Origin: Rhodobiaceae bacterium
GTDB lineage: Bacteria; Pseudomonadota; Alphaproteobacteria; RS24
DNA: 52,288 nucleotides
Assembly (NCBI GenBank): GCA_038106515.1
Contig: JAYODZ010000001.1
Location: forward strand, 1 to 52,288
Reading direction: 5' to 3'
Shown: in pieces, positions 1 to 8,754 of the stretch
Layout of the letters: each line of letters starts with the position of its first letter
Position numbering within the stretch: the first letter of the stretch is position 1
The notes under the pieces: model-generated
Databases searched by the model: none
Told to the model about the DNA's origin: nothing
The model's input: only the letters and a program-made list of their open reading frames with translations
Translations under genes and position numbers: made by a program

Positions 1-342
1 GGCGACAACATCGGGATCATTAACCGCCGCGGTATTGAACGAAACCTTGTCGGCGCCCGCCAATAAGAGGGCGCGGACATCTTCGACGCGGCGCACGCCG
101 CCGCCGACGGTCAGCGGCATAAAGCATTGCTCGGCGGTGCGGCGAACAACATCGATCAGCGTGCCGCGATTTTCATGCGACGCGCTAATATCAAGAAAAC
201 ACAGCTCATCGGCGCCCGCCAAATCATAGGCGCGGGCGGCCTCGACAGGGTCGCCAGCATCAACAAGATCGACAAATTTAACGCCCTTCACAACCCGTCC
301 ATCGTGCACATCGAGGCAAGGGATAACGCGCGCCTTCAGCAT
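1..342 (-). CDS. hisF: Imidazole glycerol phosphate synthase cyclase subunit HisF, 5-prime part only (runs off the window edge)
   Basis: My translation of the minus strand from the ATG at 342-340 gives [40 protein letters not shown], a typical HisF N-terminus. The frame stays open to position 1. The start forms an ATGA overlap with the hisA stop. It is absent from the ORF track because no stop lies in the window. Confidence 0.9.
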   Translation of the reverse strand, partial: MLKARVIPCLDVHDGRVVKGVKFVDLVDAGDPVEAARAYDLAGADELCFLDISASHENRGTLIDVVRRTAEQCFMPLTVGGGVRRVEDVRALLLAGADKVSFNTAAVNDPDVVA

Positions 343-1070
343 CAGTTTACCCCGTCCAAGGCGAGTGCCGCAGCGGCATCGAGGCGTCCGTCGTAAAGCG
401 CTCGCCCCGAGATGGCGCCGCAGACGCCGCGCGCCTCAACCTCGAGCAAAGCCTTAATATCGTCGAGACCCGACAGGCCGCCCGAGGCAATAATCGGAAT
501 GGAAACCGCGTCGGCGAGCGCCGCCGTCGCGGCAACATTAACGCCCGACAACAGGCCGTCGCGGTCAATATCGGTGAAAATAATGGCGCTGACGCCGCAA
601 TCCTCGAAACGGCGCGCCAGATCTTGCGCTGCTAGCTCGCTTTCTTCAGCCCAACCAGCGACCGCAACTCGGCCCGCGCGGGCATCAATGCCTACTGCGA
701 CATGGCCGGGAAACAAACGACACGCCTCGGCCACGAGGTCTGGATCGCGCACCGCGATGGTTCCCAAAATCACCCGATCAAGCCCATGGCTCAACCATTG
801 CTCGATGGTCGCCAAATCGCGAATACCGCCACCCAATTGTTTATAAGCTGTGCTTGCGGCGCAAATGGCTTGCACCGCAGTAGCATTAACCGGGACGCCA
901 GCAAAAGCGCCGTCGAGATCAACAATATGCAGATGCGAGAACCCCATATCAGCAAACTTTTTTGCTTGGTCAGCAGGGTCATCATTAAATTGCGTGGCGC
1001 GCGCCATATCGCCTTGTTCGAGGCGGACGCATTTTCCCTGTTTTAAATCGATCGCCGGAAACAAAATCAT
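342..1070 (-). CDS. hisA: 1-(5-phosphoribosyl)-5-[(5-phosphoribosylamino)methylideneamino]imidazole-4-carboxamide isomerase HisA
   Basis: N-terminus [22 protein letters not shown] and (beta/alpha)8 His-biosynthesis signatures, within a his cluster. I prefer the ATG at 1070-1068, which forms an ATGA overlap with the hisH stop, over the GTG at 1079 used by the ORF track. Confidence 0.92.
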   Translation of the reverse strand: MILFPAIDLKQGKCVRLEQGDMARATQFNDDPADQAKKFADMGFSHLHIVDLDGAFAGVPVNATAVQAICAASTAYKQLGGGIRDLATIEQWLSHGLDRVILGTIAVRDPDLVAEACRLFPGHVAVGIDARAGRVAVAGWAEESELAAQDLARRFEDCGVSAIIFTDIDRDGLLSGVNVAATAALADAVSIPIIASGGLSGLDDIKALLEVEARGVCGAISGRALYDGRLDAAAALALDGVN

Positions 1071-1690
1071 GGTCGCCACCGCAAAAAGTTTTCAATTAAA
1101 TGTCGCCCGGCGCGCTGGCTCTTTTCTGGGTGAAACTGCGTGCCAATAATATTATCGCGGCCAATCACCGACGCAAAACCGTCGCCATAATCGGTGGTGG
1201 CAAAAACCAACGCCGCATCTTGGGGTTGTGCTGCATAGCTATGGACAAAATACATATGCGCACCGTCTAAACCATCGGTGACAGGGTGAGCGGCGCAAAG
1301 CACCAACTCGTTCCACCCCATATGCGGAATTTTTTCATTGGCTTTTGGGGGGATCGCGGCCACCACGCCATCGATCCAGCCAAGCCCATCATGCCTGCCA
1401 TTTTCGAGGCCGGTGCGGCAGAGCAATTGCATGCCGACGCAAATTCCGAGAAACGGGGCGCCACCTCGGACCACGGCGATGTCGAGCGCCTCGAGCATGC
1501 CGGGCAAGGCCCGCAAACCTGCAATACAATCGGCAAAGGCGCCAACACCAGGGAGAACAATATGCTCTGCCTGCCCGACAATGTCTGGATCGGCGGTCAC
1601 TTGCACGCGGCGACCGTCAGCGGCGGCCTGAAATGCCTTTTCCGCCGAGCGTAAATTGCCCGAACCATAGTCGATAATTGCGATGGACAT
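1067..1690 (-). CDS. hisH: Imidazole glycerol phosphate synthase glutamine amidotransferase subunit HisH
   Basis: [20 protein letters not shown] start, GICVGMQLL nucleophile-Cys motif and FHPEKS motif. The ORF-track start at 1840 overlaps hisB. The internal ATG at 1690-1688 lies just downstream of the hisB stop at 1695-1697. Confidence 0.92.
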   Translation of the reverse strand: MSIAIIDYGSGNLRSAEKAFQAAADGRRVQVTADPDIVGQAEHIVLPGVGAFADCIAGLRALPGMLEALDIAVVRGGAPFLGICVGMQLLCRTGLENGRHDGLGWIDGVVAAIPPKANEKIPHMGWNELVLCAAHPVTDGLDGAHMYFVHSYAAQPQDAALVFATTDYGDGFASVIGRDNIIGTQFHPEKSQRAGRHLIENFLRWRP

Positions 1691-1694
1691 GGAC

Positions 1695-2291
1695 TTAGCT
1701 ACCCAAGACGCCCTTGGTTGACGGAATATCGTCTGCTTTACGAGGATCAATTTCGATCGCTTGCCGCAAAGCGCGCGCCAGGGCTTTGAAACAGCTCTCA
1801 ATAATATGGTGATTATTTTCACCATAGAGATTTTCGACATGCAGCGTTATGCCTGCACTTTGTGCGAAGGCCTGAAACCACTCTTTAAATAGCTCAGTGT
1901 CCATATCGCCCAGCTTTGGCTTGGTAAAATTAACCCGCCAGATCAGATAAGGGCGTTGCGACACATCGAGCGCAACCCGGCTCAAAGTCTCGTCCATCGG
2001 GATCAGCGCTGAGCCATATCGCGTCAGGCCTTTAAAATCGCCAAGCGCTTGCAGCACGCATTGTCCAATAACGATACCTGTGTCTTCCGTTGTGTGGTGG
2101 TAATCAATGTGCAAATCTCCCGAGGCCTTGACGGTTAAGTCAATCAGCGAGTGGCGCGACAGCTGTTCCAGCATATGATCAAGAAAGCCAATCCCCGTCG
2201 AAATCTCATATTGACCCGTGCCGTCAAGATTGAGGCTAACCTCAATCGTGGTCTCTTTGGTCTTGCGTTGCAAACTCGCTGATCTTTGCAT
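1695..2291 (-). CDS. hisB: Imidazoleglycerol-phosphate dehydratase HisB
   Basis: 198 aa with [15 protein letters not shown] and ENNHHIIES metal-binding His motifs, adjacent to hisH. Confidence 0.93.
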   Translation of the reverse strand: MQRSASLQRKTKETTIEVSLNLDGTGQYEISTGIGFLDHMLEQLSRHSLIDLTVKASGDLHIDYHHTTEDTGIVIGQCVLQALGDFKGLTRYGSALIPMDETLSRVALDVSQRPYLIWRVNFTKPKLGDMDTELFKEWFQAFAQSAGITLHVENLYGENNHHIIESCFKALARALRQAIEIDPRKADDIPSTKGVLGS

Positions 2292-2359
2292 GGCTCATCC
2301 AATCCCTTGTCAATTCCGTAGTTCTTAACAGGAACCGCGCGATATCTCCAGTCAGAATA

Positions 2360-2887
2360 TCAGCTTTTGCGGCGCAAGCGTACATAGAGCGCACCGCCAC
2401 CGCCATGCGCTGGCTGGGCGGTTTCGAACCCCACTATTTTTGATTTCAGTGGCGGCGTCGACAACCACTCGGGAACGGATTGGCGCAAAACCCCCTTGCC
2501 CCCAACGCCCTTACCCGTAATCACAATGACCCATGTAAGGCGCTTGGCTTGGGCGCTCTCGATAAATTGCACCAAGCGGCGGTGTGCTGCGGCCGCCGTT
2601 GAGCCATGTAAATCCAGCCGGGCCTCAATGTCGCGATGGCCACGGCGAATTTTGCGCGTTTCATTCGGATCAAGCCGGCTTGGCGCCAGGTCCCGCGCCG
2701 CGCGCTGCGGCGCCGATACTGGGATCGGTTGTTCGGAGAGCTTTTCTTCCACCGGCCGCCCCCCTGGCGCGGGCGGTTTGATCCGGCGGGTGGCGCGATT
2801 TTGTCTTCCGCTGAGCGGACGAACGGTCTCGGTCAGCTTCTCCCAGATGCGGGCATCGTCGTCGGTTGGCGGCGCTTTGCGTCCCAC
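2360..2887 (-). CDS. Smr (MutS2 C-terminal-like) domain protein
   Basis: C-terminal LDLHG...VITGKGVGG...VLRQSVPEWL pattern typical of Smr domains, with a low-complexity basic N-terminal half. Confidence 0.75.
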   Translation of the reverse strand: MGRKAPPTDDDARIWEKLTETVRPLSGRQNRATRRIKPPAPGGRPVEEKLSEQPIPVSAPQRAARDLAPSRLDPNETRKIRRGHRDIEARLDLHGSTAAAAHRRLVQFIESAQAKRLTWVIVITGKGVGGKGVLRQSVPEWLSTPPLKSKIVGFETAQPAHGGGGALYVRLRRKS

Positions 2888-2891
2888 GCCT

Positions 2892-3461
2892 TTAGACCGT
2901 CTGGGTTGCCGTCAACCGCCAATTGGGGTTGCTATCCGCAACGGGGCGCTCAAATGTCCACAAATCTTCAGTCCGTTCCGGCTGCGCCGTATCTTCCTCA
3001 GCCATTGTGGTCTTGATGTGAGCAACGAAGCGCACGGTGATGCGCGCAAGGCCTTGGTCGCAAACCAACTCGTCAATCACAGGCTTAGCCATGCGGGTAA
3101 TTTCAGTCTGCAGCGTCTCGCCCCGCGCTTCCCGCGCCTCGATTTCAGCGGCAAAGCCTTGATAAACCGGTTCGCTCAAAAGCGGCTGTAGCTGGTCTTT
3201 ATCGCCTGCCGCAAACGCCATTAAAATCATTTCATATGCCCGCTGGGCACCATCAAGAAATCCCGCCTCATCAAAATTCGGATCAAGCTCCTTATACCGC
3301 GCTACGCCAACTACAGGGCCATCGTCTTCAACCGGCTCCGCGGCGCTGACAACCCGCAATTGCGGTTGAGCTTTGCGCGGCGCCTGCTCGCCAAAGGCGC
3401 CTGGGTCATAGCCGAAGCGGTCGGGGCTACGCGGCGCGTCATCGTCATTGCGTGACCCCAA
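2892..3461 (-). CDS. Tim44-like domain protein. The true N-terminus probably extends to about 3527.
   Basis: C-terminal Tim44-like fold signature (FLDGAQRAYEMILMAFAAGD...WTFERPV...NPNWRL). The ORF-track start is a TTG. See the finding on an upstream in-frame transmembrane segment. Confidence 0.75.
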   Translation of the reverse strand: MGSRNDDDAPRSPDRFGYDPGAFGEQAPRKAQPQLRVVSAAEPVEDDGPVVGVARYKELDPNFDEAGFLDGAQRAYEMILMAFAAGDKDQLQPLLSEPVYQGFAAEIEAREARGETLQTEITRMAKPVIDELVCDQGLARITVRFVAHIKTTMAEEDTAQPERTEDLWTFERPVADSNPNWRLTATQTV

Positions 3462-3654
3462 AAGGCTGCGCAGGCGATAAAAAATCAGGCCAACAACGAT
3501 TAAAAGAATAAGATTGAGCGGATCGATGGGAGGCCCCCTGTCAAGAAATTAACCAATCGGCAAGCATCGCCCCGCTATCATTAGCGGTAAATCATTTTTG
3601 AGCCTGCTCGAGTTCTGCTATATATGTAGTTTAAATATAGGAATAATTTTGTAA

Positions 3655-4131
3655 ATGTCCGTTCTGCCGATATTTATTTTAATTGGCCTGCCTTTGGCTG
3701 AAATCTACCTCTTTGCCGCTTTGGGTGAGCGCCTTGGCGGTGGCTCAATTGTCGTGCTTTGCATTGTTTCGGCTATGCTCGGCCTGTTTATCTTACGCCG
3801 CCACGGCGTCGGCGCTATTTTAAAGGCACAACAATCGATCATGATCGGCAAACCGCCGGTGAAAGAGTTGCTGACCGGCGTGCTCGTTATTATTGGCGGT
3901 TTTTTGCTTGTTTTACCTGGGTTTATCACCGATCTGCTCGGGCTCATGCTATTTACCGAATTGGGCCGATTGGTTTTGGTCATTGCCGTTTTGCGACATA
4001 TGCGGCCGCAATTTTTTACCTATAGCGCCCAGCCCCAAGCCGGGGCGCAAAACCGCTCCCAGCCCAGCAATCCGTCCGTTATCGAGGGTGAATACCGCGT
4101 CGAAAACGACCCAAAAGACAATCAGCATTAA
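3655..4131 (+). CDS. fxsA: FxsA family inner-membrane protein
   Basis: N-terminus LPLAEIYLFAALGERLGGGSIVVL...LRRHG and PGFITDLLGL motif, characteristic of FxsA/UPF0716. Confidence 0.8.
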   Translation: MSVLPIFILIGLPLAEIYLFAALGERLGGGSIVVLCIVSAMLGLFILRRHGVGAILKAQQSIMIGKPPVKELLTGVLVIIGGFLLVLPGFITDLLGLMLFTELGRLVLVIAVLRHMRPQFFTYSAQPQAGAQNRSQPSNPSVIEGEYRVENDPKDNQH

Positions 4132-4186
4132 AACTTTAAGGCCTCTGCCAAGAGTGCTATGACACAGCCACAACAAGGAGACAGTC

Positions 4187-4702
4187 ATGAGTGAAGAAAA
4201 CAACAACCCAACCTCGGGCGTATCCCAAGACGGGCCGGCGGGCGCGAGTTTGCAGGTGCTCGCACAATATGTGAAAGATCTCTCATTTGAGAATCCAAAT
4301 GCTCCCGACAGCCTGCGGGCGGGCGACGGGCAGCAAAATATTTCCGTCAATGCCAATGTTAATGTTCAGCAACTCAATGAAACTGAATATGAAGTCGGCC
4401 TCGCCTTTAAAATTGAAACCAAACGCGGCGACGAGGTCTCCTTTTTGGTTGAGCTCACCTATTGCGGCGTTTTCCGTGTGGAAAATATTCCGCAAGAATC
4501 GCTGCATCCGGTTTTACTGATCGAGGCACCGCGCCAACTCTTCCCCTTTGCCCGGCGCGTTCTTGCTGATGCCACACGCGATGGCGGCTATCCACCTCTG
4601 CTCCTCGATCCGATTGATTTCGTCGATCTGTATCGACGCAATATGGAGGCGCGCAACGGCCAAGACAGCCAAGCCCCTACCGGTGAAAACAAACCCAATT
4701 AA
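4187..4702 (+). CDS. secB: Protein-export chaperone SecB
   Basis: 171 aa with LQVLAQYVKDLSFENPNAP, LLIEAPRQLFPFARRVLADATRDGGYPPLLLDPIDF and an acidic tail. Confidence 0.92.
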   Translation: MSEENNNPTSGVSQDGPAGASLQVLAQYVKDLSFENPNAPDSLRAGDGQQNISVNANVNVQQLNETEYEVGLAFKIETKRGDEVSFLVELTYCGVFRVENIPQESLHPVLLIEAPRQLFPFARRVLADATRDGGYPPLLLDPIDFVDLYRRNMEARNGQDSQAPTGENKPN

Positions 4703-4716
4703 GCGCGAAGCCTGAG

Positions 4717-5415
4717 CTAATGGCGCCACATTGCCGATACCGGCAAACTCGATAAAAAGGCGTCATGCGCCGCCCGCTCGGCCTCGGTAATGCGCGATGG
4801 CAAGGGAGTGGCGCGTTGCGGGCGCGGCGCGCGTGTCGCCTGCCCACCCGCGGGCTGCGTCAAAGCCGGCCCCTCCGCTTCAGGGTCATAAATAAAGTCA
4901 GGCTGATCGCCGCCCATTAAATTAAGATAAACCTCGGCCAGCAATTCAGAATCGAGAAGCGCGCCGTGTTTCTCGCGCGACGAGTTATCCACCTTGAAGC
5001 GCCGACAGAGCGCGTCCAAACTCGCGGGCGCGCCGGGAAATTTCTTCCGCGCCATCGCCAAAGTATCAATCACCTGCCCCCGCGGCAGTGGCGCCCGCCC
5101 AATCCGCTCCAGCTCGGCATTGATAAACTTCACATCAAATTCGGCGTTGTGAAAAACCATCAGATCGTCGCCGATAAAATTTAAGAACTCATCAACAATG
5201 TCCAAGAATTTCGGTTGCCCAGCTAATTTATCGTCGGTAAGGCCGGTGACCTCGATCGATTTTTCGCTATTGGGCCGCTCGGGATCGAGATAGCTTTGAT
5301 AGACCCGCCCCGTCGGCTTTAGGTTCAACAGCTCTACGCCGCCGATCTCGATAATCCGATCGCCAGTCCGCGGATCGAGGCCGGTCGTTTCAGTATCGAG
5401 AATAACATGCCGCAT
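4717..5415 (-). CDS. dnaQ: DNA polymerase III epsilon subunit (3-5 proofreading exonuclease)
   Basis: Exo I ILDTETTGL, Exo II HNAEFDVKF and Exo III HGALLDSELLAEVY motifs. Confidence 0.93.
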   Translation of the reverse strand: MRHVILDTETTGLDPRTGDRIIEIGGVELLNLKPTGRVYQSYLDPERPNSEKSIEVTGLTDDKLAGQPKFLDIVDEFLNFIGDDLMVFHNAEFDVKFINAELERIGRAPLPRGQVIDTLAMARKKFPGAPASLDALCRRFKVDNSSREKHGALLDSELLAEVYLNLMGGDQPDFIYDPEAEGPALTQPAGGQATRAPRPQRATPLPSRITEAERAAHDAFLSSLPVSAMWRH

Positions 5416-5434
5416 GCTGTGTCCCTTTATAAAA

Positions 5435-6061
5435 TCAGCTTGGCTTCAGCCGTTGCGCCAAGGCCATACCGTCTCGCCCGTCTAGCGCCTGTAAAATATC
5501 GCCCACCTGCCGCCGCGCGTCATCAACTGAGATCGAGCTATCAACAATAAACTCGGCATGTTGACGTTTCTCGGCGTCGGGCATTTGCTTGGCAACAATG
5601 GCGTTGAATTTTTCTTCCGTCATATTCGGGCGCGCCAAGACACGTTGCCGCTGAATTTCAAACGGCGCACTGACCAAGACAACAACATCGACGCGATCTT
5701 GGGCGCCAGTTTCTAGCAACAACGGAATATCGAGAACAACAGCCGGCGTCCCCTTGTCCAGATGATGGCGCAAAAACTGTAATTGCGCCTGACCCGCCAG
5801 AGGATGAACGACGGCCTCTAATTTTTTTAGCGCCGCGGCATCATTGACCACATGCGCTGATAATTTGACGCGATCGATCGCGCCATCAACAATTACATCA
5901 GGGAAAAGCGCGCCAACGGGCGCCACGGCGTCGCCGCCCTTGCCATATAAGCTATGCACCGTGGCATCAGCGTCATAAATCGGTACGCCATACTCTTCGA
6001 ACAGGCGCGCGGTTTGGGATTTCCCCATGCCGATTGATCCGGTCAACCCGATTAACAGCAT
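5435..6061 (-). CDS. coaE: Dephospho-CoA kinase
   Basis: [17 protein letters not shown]-loop at the N-terminus. The ATG at 6061-6059 sits immediately after the aroE stop at 6063-6065. The ORF-track start at 6145 overlaps aroE. Confidence 0.9.
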   Translation of the reverse strand: MLLIGLTGSIGMGKSQTARLFEEYGVPIYDADATVHSLYGKGGDAVAPVGALFPDVIVDGAIDRVKLSAHVVNDAAALKKLEAVVHPLAGQAQLQFLRHHLDKGTPAVVLDIPLLLETGAQDRVDVVVLVSAPFEIQRQRVLARPNMTEEKFNAIVAKQMPDAEKRQHAEFIVDSSISVDDARRQVGDILQALDGRDGMALAQRLKPS

Positions 6062-6062
6062 C

Positions 6063-6905
6063 TCATGTCCCCTTTTCAATATCGGCAACCAGCAAGGCGC
6101 GCAGTCCGGCATCAACCTCGGGGCGCACACCAAACCAAAGCTCAAATGCGGGGACCGCTTGGTGCAACAGCATGTCCAGCCCGTCTACAGTGACCAACCC
6201 CCCGGCGCGCGCCGCGGATAAAAGCGGCGTGGCGAGTGGCGAATAAACAATGTCAAAAACAACACCGCGAAAACCCTCTAATGACAGCGCGAGTGGAGGT
6301 TGGCCTGCCATGCCTAGGCTGGTCGTGTTGACCAAAAGCTTGGTCCGCGGCAAGGCTTGTGCGCGCGCCTCCCAATCAATGATGGTCACCACACTGCGCG
6401 AGCCGACGGCAAGTGCTGCGAGCTTCTCCGCCCTGTCGCGGTTTCGATTGCTGATAAAAATCTCAGGCGCGCCAGCATCAATCACGGCGCCCAAAATAGC
6501 CCGCGCCGCGCCACCGGCGCCGAGAATATAGACGGCCTCATCGGCCCAAGCCCGCTTACCAAGATTTTGCTGTAGCGCCGCGACAAAACCATAGCCGTCG
6601 GAATTATCGGCATGAACGCCCGCATCGGAGAATGCGAGAATATTGGCAGCGCCAAGGCGCTGTGCTCGCTCGCTCGCCGTATCGGCATAGGCTAGGGCTC
6701 GCTCTTTATGCGGCACAGTCACATTGGCGCCGATCCACCCCTGATCACGTAGCCGCCCCAAGGCGGTTGCAAAATCCTCTTCCGGTGAAATCGCCGCACG
6801 ATCGTAAACCGCCGATATAGTATGTTTCTCGATCCAGTAATTATGTATCAAAGGCGAGCGCGAATGTGCGACCGGCCAACCAATTACCCCGAGCTTCGCC
6901 GTCAT
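6063..6905 (-). CDS. aroE: Shikimate dehydrogenase
   Basis: [15 protein letters not shown] and GAGGAARA motifs. ATGA overlap with the maf stop. Confidence 0.92.
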   Translation of the reverse strand: MTAKLGVIGWPVAHSRSPLIHNYWIEKHTISAVYDRAAISPEEDFATALGRLRDQGWIGANVTVPHKERALAYADTASERAQRLGAANILAFSDAGVHADNSDGYGFVAALQQNLGKRAWADEAVYILGAGGAARAILGAVIDAGAPEIFISNRNRDRAEKLAALAVGSRSVVTIIDWEARAQALPRTKLLVNTTSLGMAGQPPLALSLEGFRGVVFDIVYSPLATPLLSAARAGGLVTVDGLDMLLHQAVPAFELWFGVRPEVDAGLRALLVADIEKGT

Positions 6906-7513
6906 GATGGCACCACCGATAACCGCCTCAGCTCGTGCAAAACCGGCAACAGCGGAAGCCCTAGAATGGAGAAATAATCGCCCGAGATTTCGGTGAAGAG
7001 CTGTGCCCCCAGTGCCTCTAAGCGATAGCAGCCAACCGAGGATAGGATGCTGTCGCCCTCATGCGCTAAATAAGCATCTAGAAAATCTTCCGATAAATCG
7101 CGCACCGTTAAAGCGATTTGATTACTATAGTTCCAAATTTCGCCGGCGCTGGTGCAGAGACTAATGCCATTGACCAGATAATGCGTTCGCCCCGACAAGG
7201 ATCGTAAAGTTTCCCGCGCCACCAGCATGGAAGCGGGCTTATCATAACGCCGACCCTGACAAACCATGATTTGATCGGCGCCAATGACGATCTCATCATC
7301 TCCTACGGGCACCGCCAGAGCCTTGGCTTTCGCCAACGCCAAAACCAGCGCCGCATCGGACCCCGCATGACCGGCCTTGATGGCGTCCTCGTCGACGCCA
7401 GACACCCGAACCTCAAAAGCAATGCCGGCCTGACGCAAAATCGTAGCCCGCGATATGCTGGCAGACGCTAAAATAAGCCTTCGCGATACCACGTTCTCTG
7501 CCGCCCCTCTCAT
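6902..7513 (-). CDS. maf: Maf-like nucleoside triphosphate pyrophosphatase
   Basis: LILASASISRATIL N-terminus, GADQIM and GAYxxE-like CYRLEALG motifs. ATGA overlap with the upstream gene stop. Confidence 0.88.
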   Translation of the reverse strand: MRGAAENVVSRRLILASASISRATILRQAGIAFEVRVSGVDEDAIKAGHAGSDAALVLALAKAKALAVPVGDDEIVIGADQIMVCQGRRYDKPASMLVARETLRSLSGRTHYLVNGISLCTSAGEIWNYSNQIALTVRDLSEDFLDAYLAHEGDSILSSVGCYRLEALGAQLFTEISGDYFSILGLPLLPVLHELRRLSVVPS

Positions 7514-8349
7514 CGGCCATCGCCCCCGAGCGATTGATCTAAATATTGCTGATGCAAATTCATCACCGCCGCGGCAACCTCCTCGATCGATCTACGGGTC
7601 ACGTCGATCACTGGCCAGCCCTTGCGCGCGCATAAGCGCCGCGCTTGCGTAATTTCACGCTGTACGGTTTCGGGATCAACATAGTCTGTCTCTGTCTCTT
7701 CATTCAGGCTCAAGAGCCGATTTTTTCGAACCTGGCGCAACCGCTCGATTGAGGTCGTCAGGCCGACCACTAACGGCTTGGTAACGGCCAGCAGTTCAGC
7801 CGGCGGATCAATACCTGGGACGAGCGGCACATTAGCGGCTTTAAATCCGCGATTGGCGAGATACATACAGGTCGGTGTTTTCGATGTTCGGCTGACCCCC
7901 GTTAAAATAATATCTGCATCATTTAGATCGCCTTGGCTTTGCCCATCATCATGCATCATGGTGTAATTCAAGGCGGCGATCCGCTTGAAATATTCGCTAT
8001 CCATATTTTGTTTCGAGCCGGCCTTGCCGCTTATGCTCAAATTCAAGAAATTCGCCATTGGTGTAATAAAAGGATCGAGCACGGAAAAACACGGCATATG
8101 CAATTTCCGACAGGTCGCCTCAAGCCGCTCGCGCAACTCAGGGTTGATGATTGAGAAAAAAACGGGCCCCGGATAAAGATCAATATTGGTCAGCGTTCGC
8201 TCGAGCTGTTTTTCGCTACGCACCAGACCATAAATATGCTCAATCGGCTTAATGCCCTCGAATTGCGCGCAGACCGCGCGCGCCAGCGCGTTAACGGTTT
8301 CGCCCGTACTATCGGAAATAAGATGTAGGTGAAAATTACGCGTCGGCAC
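7510..8349 (-). CDS. Pyruvate,phosphate dikinase / PEP synthase regulatory protein (DUF299 kinase-phosphorylase, homologue of the RP001 origin-flanking gene)
   Basis: FHLHLISDSTGET N-terminal motif and LTGVSRTSKTPT P-loop. The stop is firm but the start is uncertain. The longest ORF reaches 8544. I prefer the GTG at 8349-8347, which gives 279 aa with 5 residues before FHLHL. This fits the family and leaves the DnaA boxes non-coding. Confidence 0.85.
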   Translation of the reverse strand: MPTRNFHLHLISDSTGETVNALARAVCAQFEGIKPIEHIYGLVRSEKQLERTLTNIDLYPGPVFFSIINPELRERLEATCRKLHMPCFSVLDPFITPMANFLNLSISGKAGSKQNMDSEYFKRIAALNYTMMHDDGQSQGDLNDADIILTGVSRTSKTPTCMYLANRGFKAANVPLVPGIDPPAELLAVTKPLVVGLTTSIERLRQVRKNRLLSLNEETETDYVDPETVQREITQARRLCARKGWPVIDVTRRSIEEVAAAVMNLHQQYLDQSLGGDGR

Positions 8350-8373
8350 GGGCTTTAAAATCTCTCTTCGGTC

Positions 8374-8382
8374 TGTGGATAA
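8374..8382 (-). promoter_or_regulatory. DnaA box, perfect consensus (TGTGGATAA = reverse complement of TTATCCACA)
   Basis: Read directly from the sequence. Confidence 0.8.
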
Positions 8383-8536
8383 TGTTAATAGAGTGGATAT
8401 ATCCGCCCGCCAAGACAAGAGGGCAAATTTGTCCCCGTTTCGCATTTTTTTGCTAGGTGGTTTGCAGCCATTTAATAAATCCCGCTCGGGCGCTGTTGAA
8501 AACAAGAATTCTGCAAATCTCTTTACCTTTGTCGTT

Positions 8537-8545
8537 TTATACACA
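8537..8545 (+). promoter_or_regulatory. DnaA box-like 9-mer TTATACACA (1 mismatch)
   Basis: Read directly. It sits next to the AT-rich stretch. Confidence 0.55.
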
Positions 8546-8630
8546 TAGGTTCAGATATCAACAGCTTGTATTTATTATTCTTATTCAATTGGTTAGCGTT
8601 TTTGTTCTGCTATTATGCCGCGTATTTTTT

Positions 8631-8648
8631 TTACCCACATAACCCACA
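8631..8648 (+). promoter_or_regulatory. Tandem DnaA box-like 9-mers TTACCCACA (1 mismatch) and TAACCCACA (2 mismatches)
   Basis: Read directly. Followed immediately by the 10-bp palindrome CACAGCTGTG at 8645-8654. Confidence 0.55.
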
Positions 8649-8697
8649 GCTGTGAAAAACAGATCGTGTCGATGTGCACAAGATATGCTATGTCGTT

Positions 8698-8706
8698 TAA
8701 TCCACA
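8698..8706 (+). promoter_or_regulatory. DnaA box-like 9-mer TAATCCACA (1 mismatch)
   Basis: Read directly. It lies about 50 bp upstream of the hemE start. Confidence 0.55.
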
Positions 8707-8754
8707 CCAGATCGGGTTAACAACATCAACCACTACCTTTTATATATTTAATAA

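Larger units (their letters stand above)
8350..8754. other. Predicted chromosomal replication origin (oriC) between the DUF299/PDRP gene and hemE
   Basis: One perfect and several near-consensus DnaA boxes, an AT-rich stretch at about 8556-8630, divergent flanking genes, a switch of gene orientation at this point, and the synteny conserved around alphaproteobacterial origins. Confidence 0.8.

Noticed and set aside
8350-8754. CtrA-type TTAA-N7-TTAA sites and GANTC (CcrM) sites in the origin region
   Set aside because: I located TTAA tetramers at 8355, 8385, 8472, 8697, 8717 and 8748, but no pair has the 7-nt spacing. I saw no GANTC either. Nothing supports Caulobacter-style CtrA control here.
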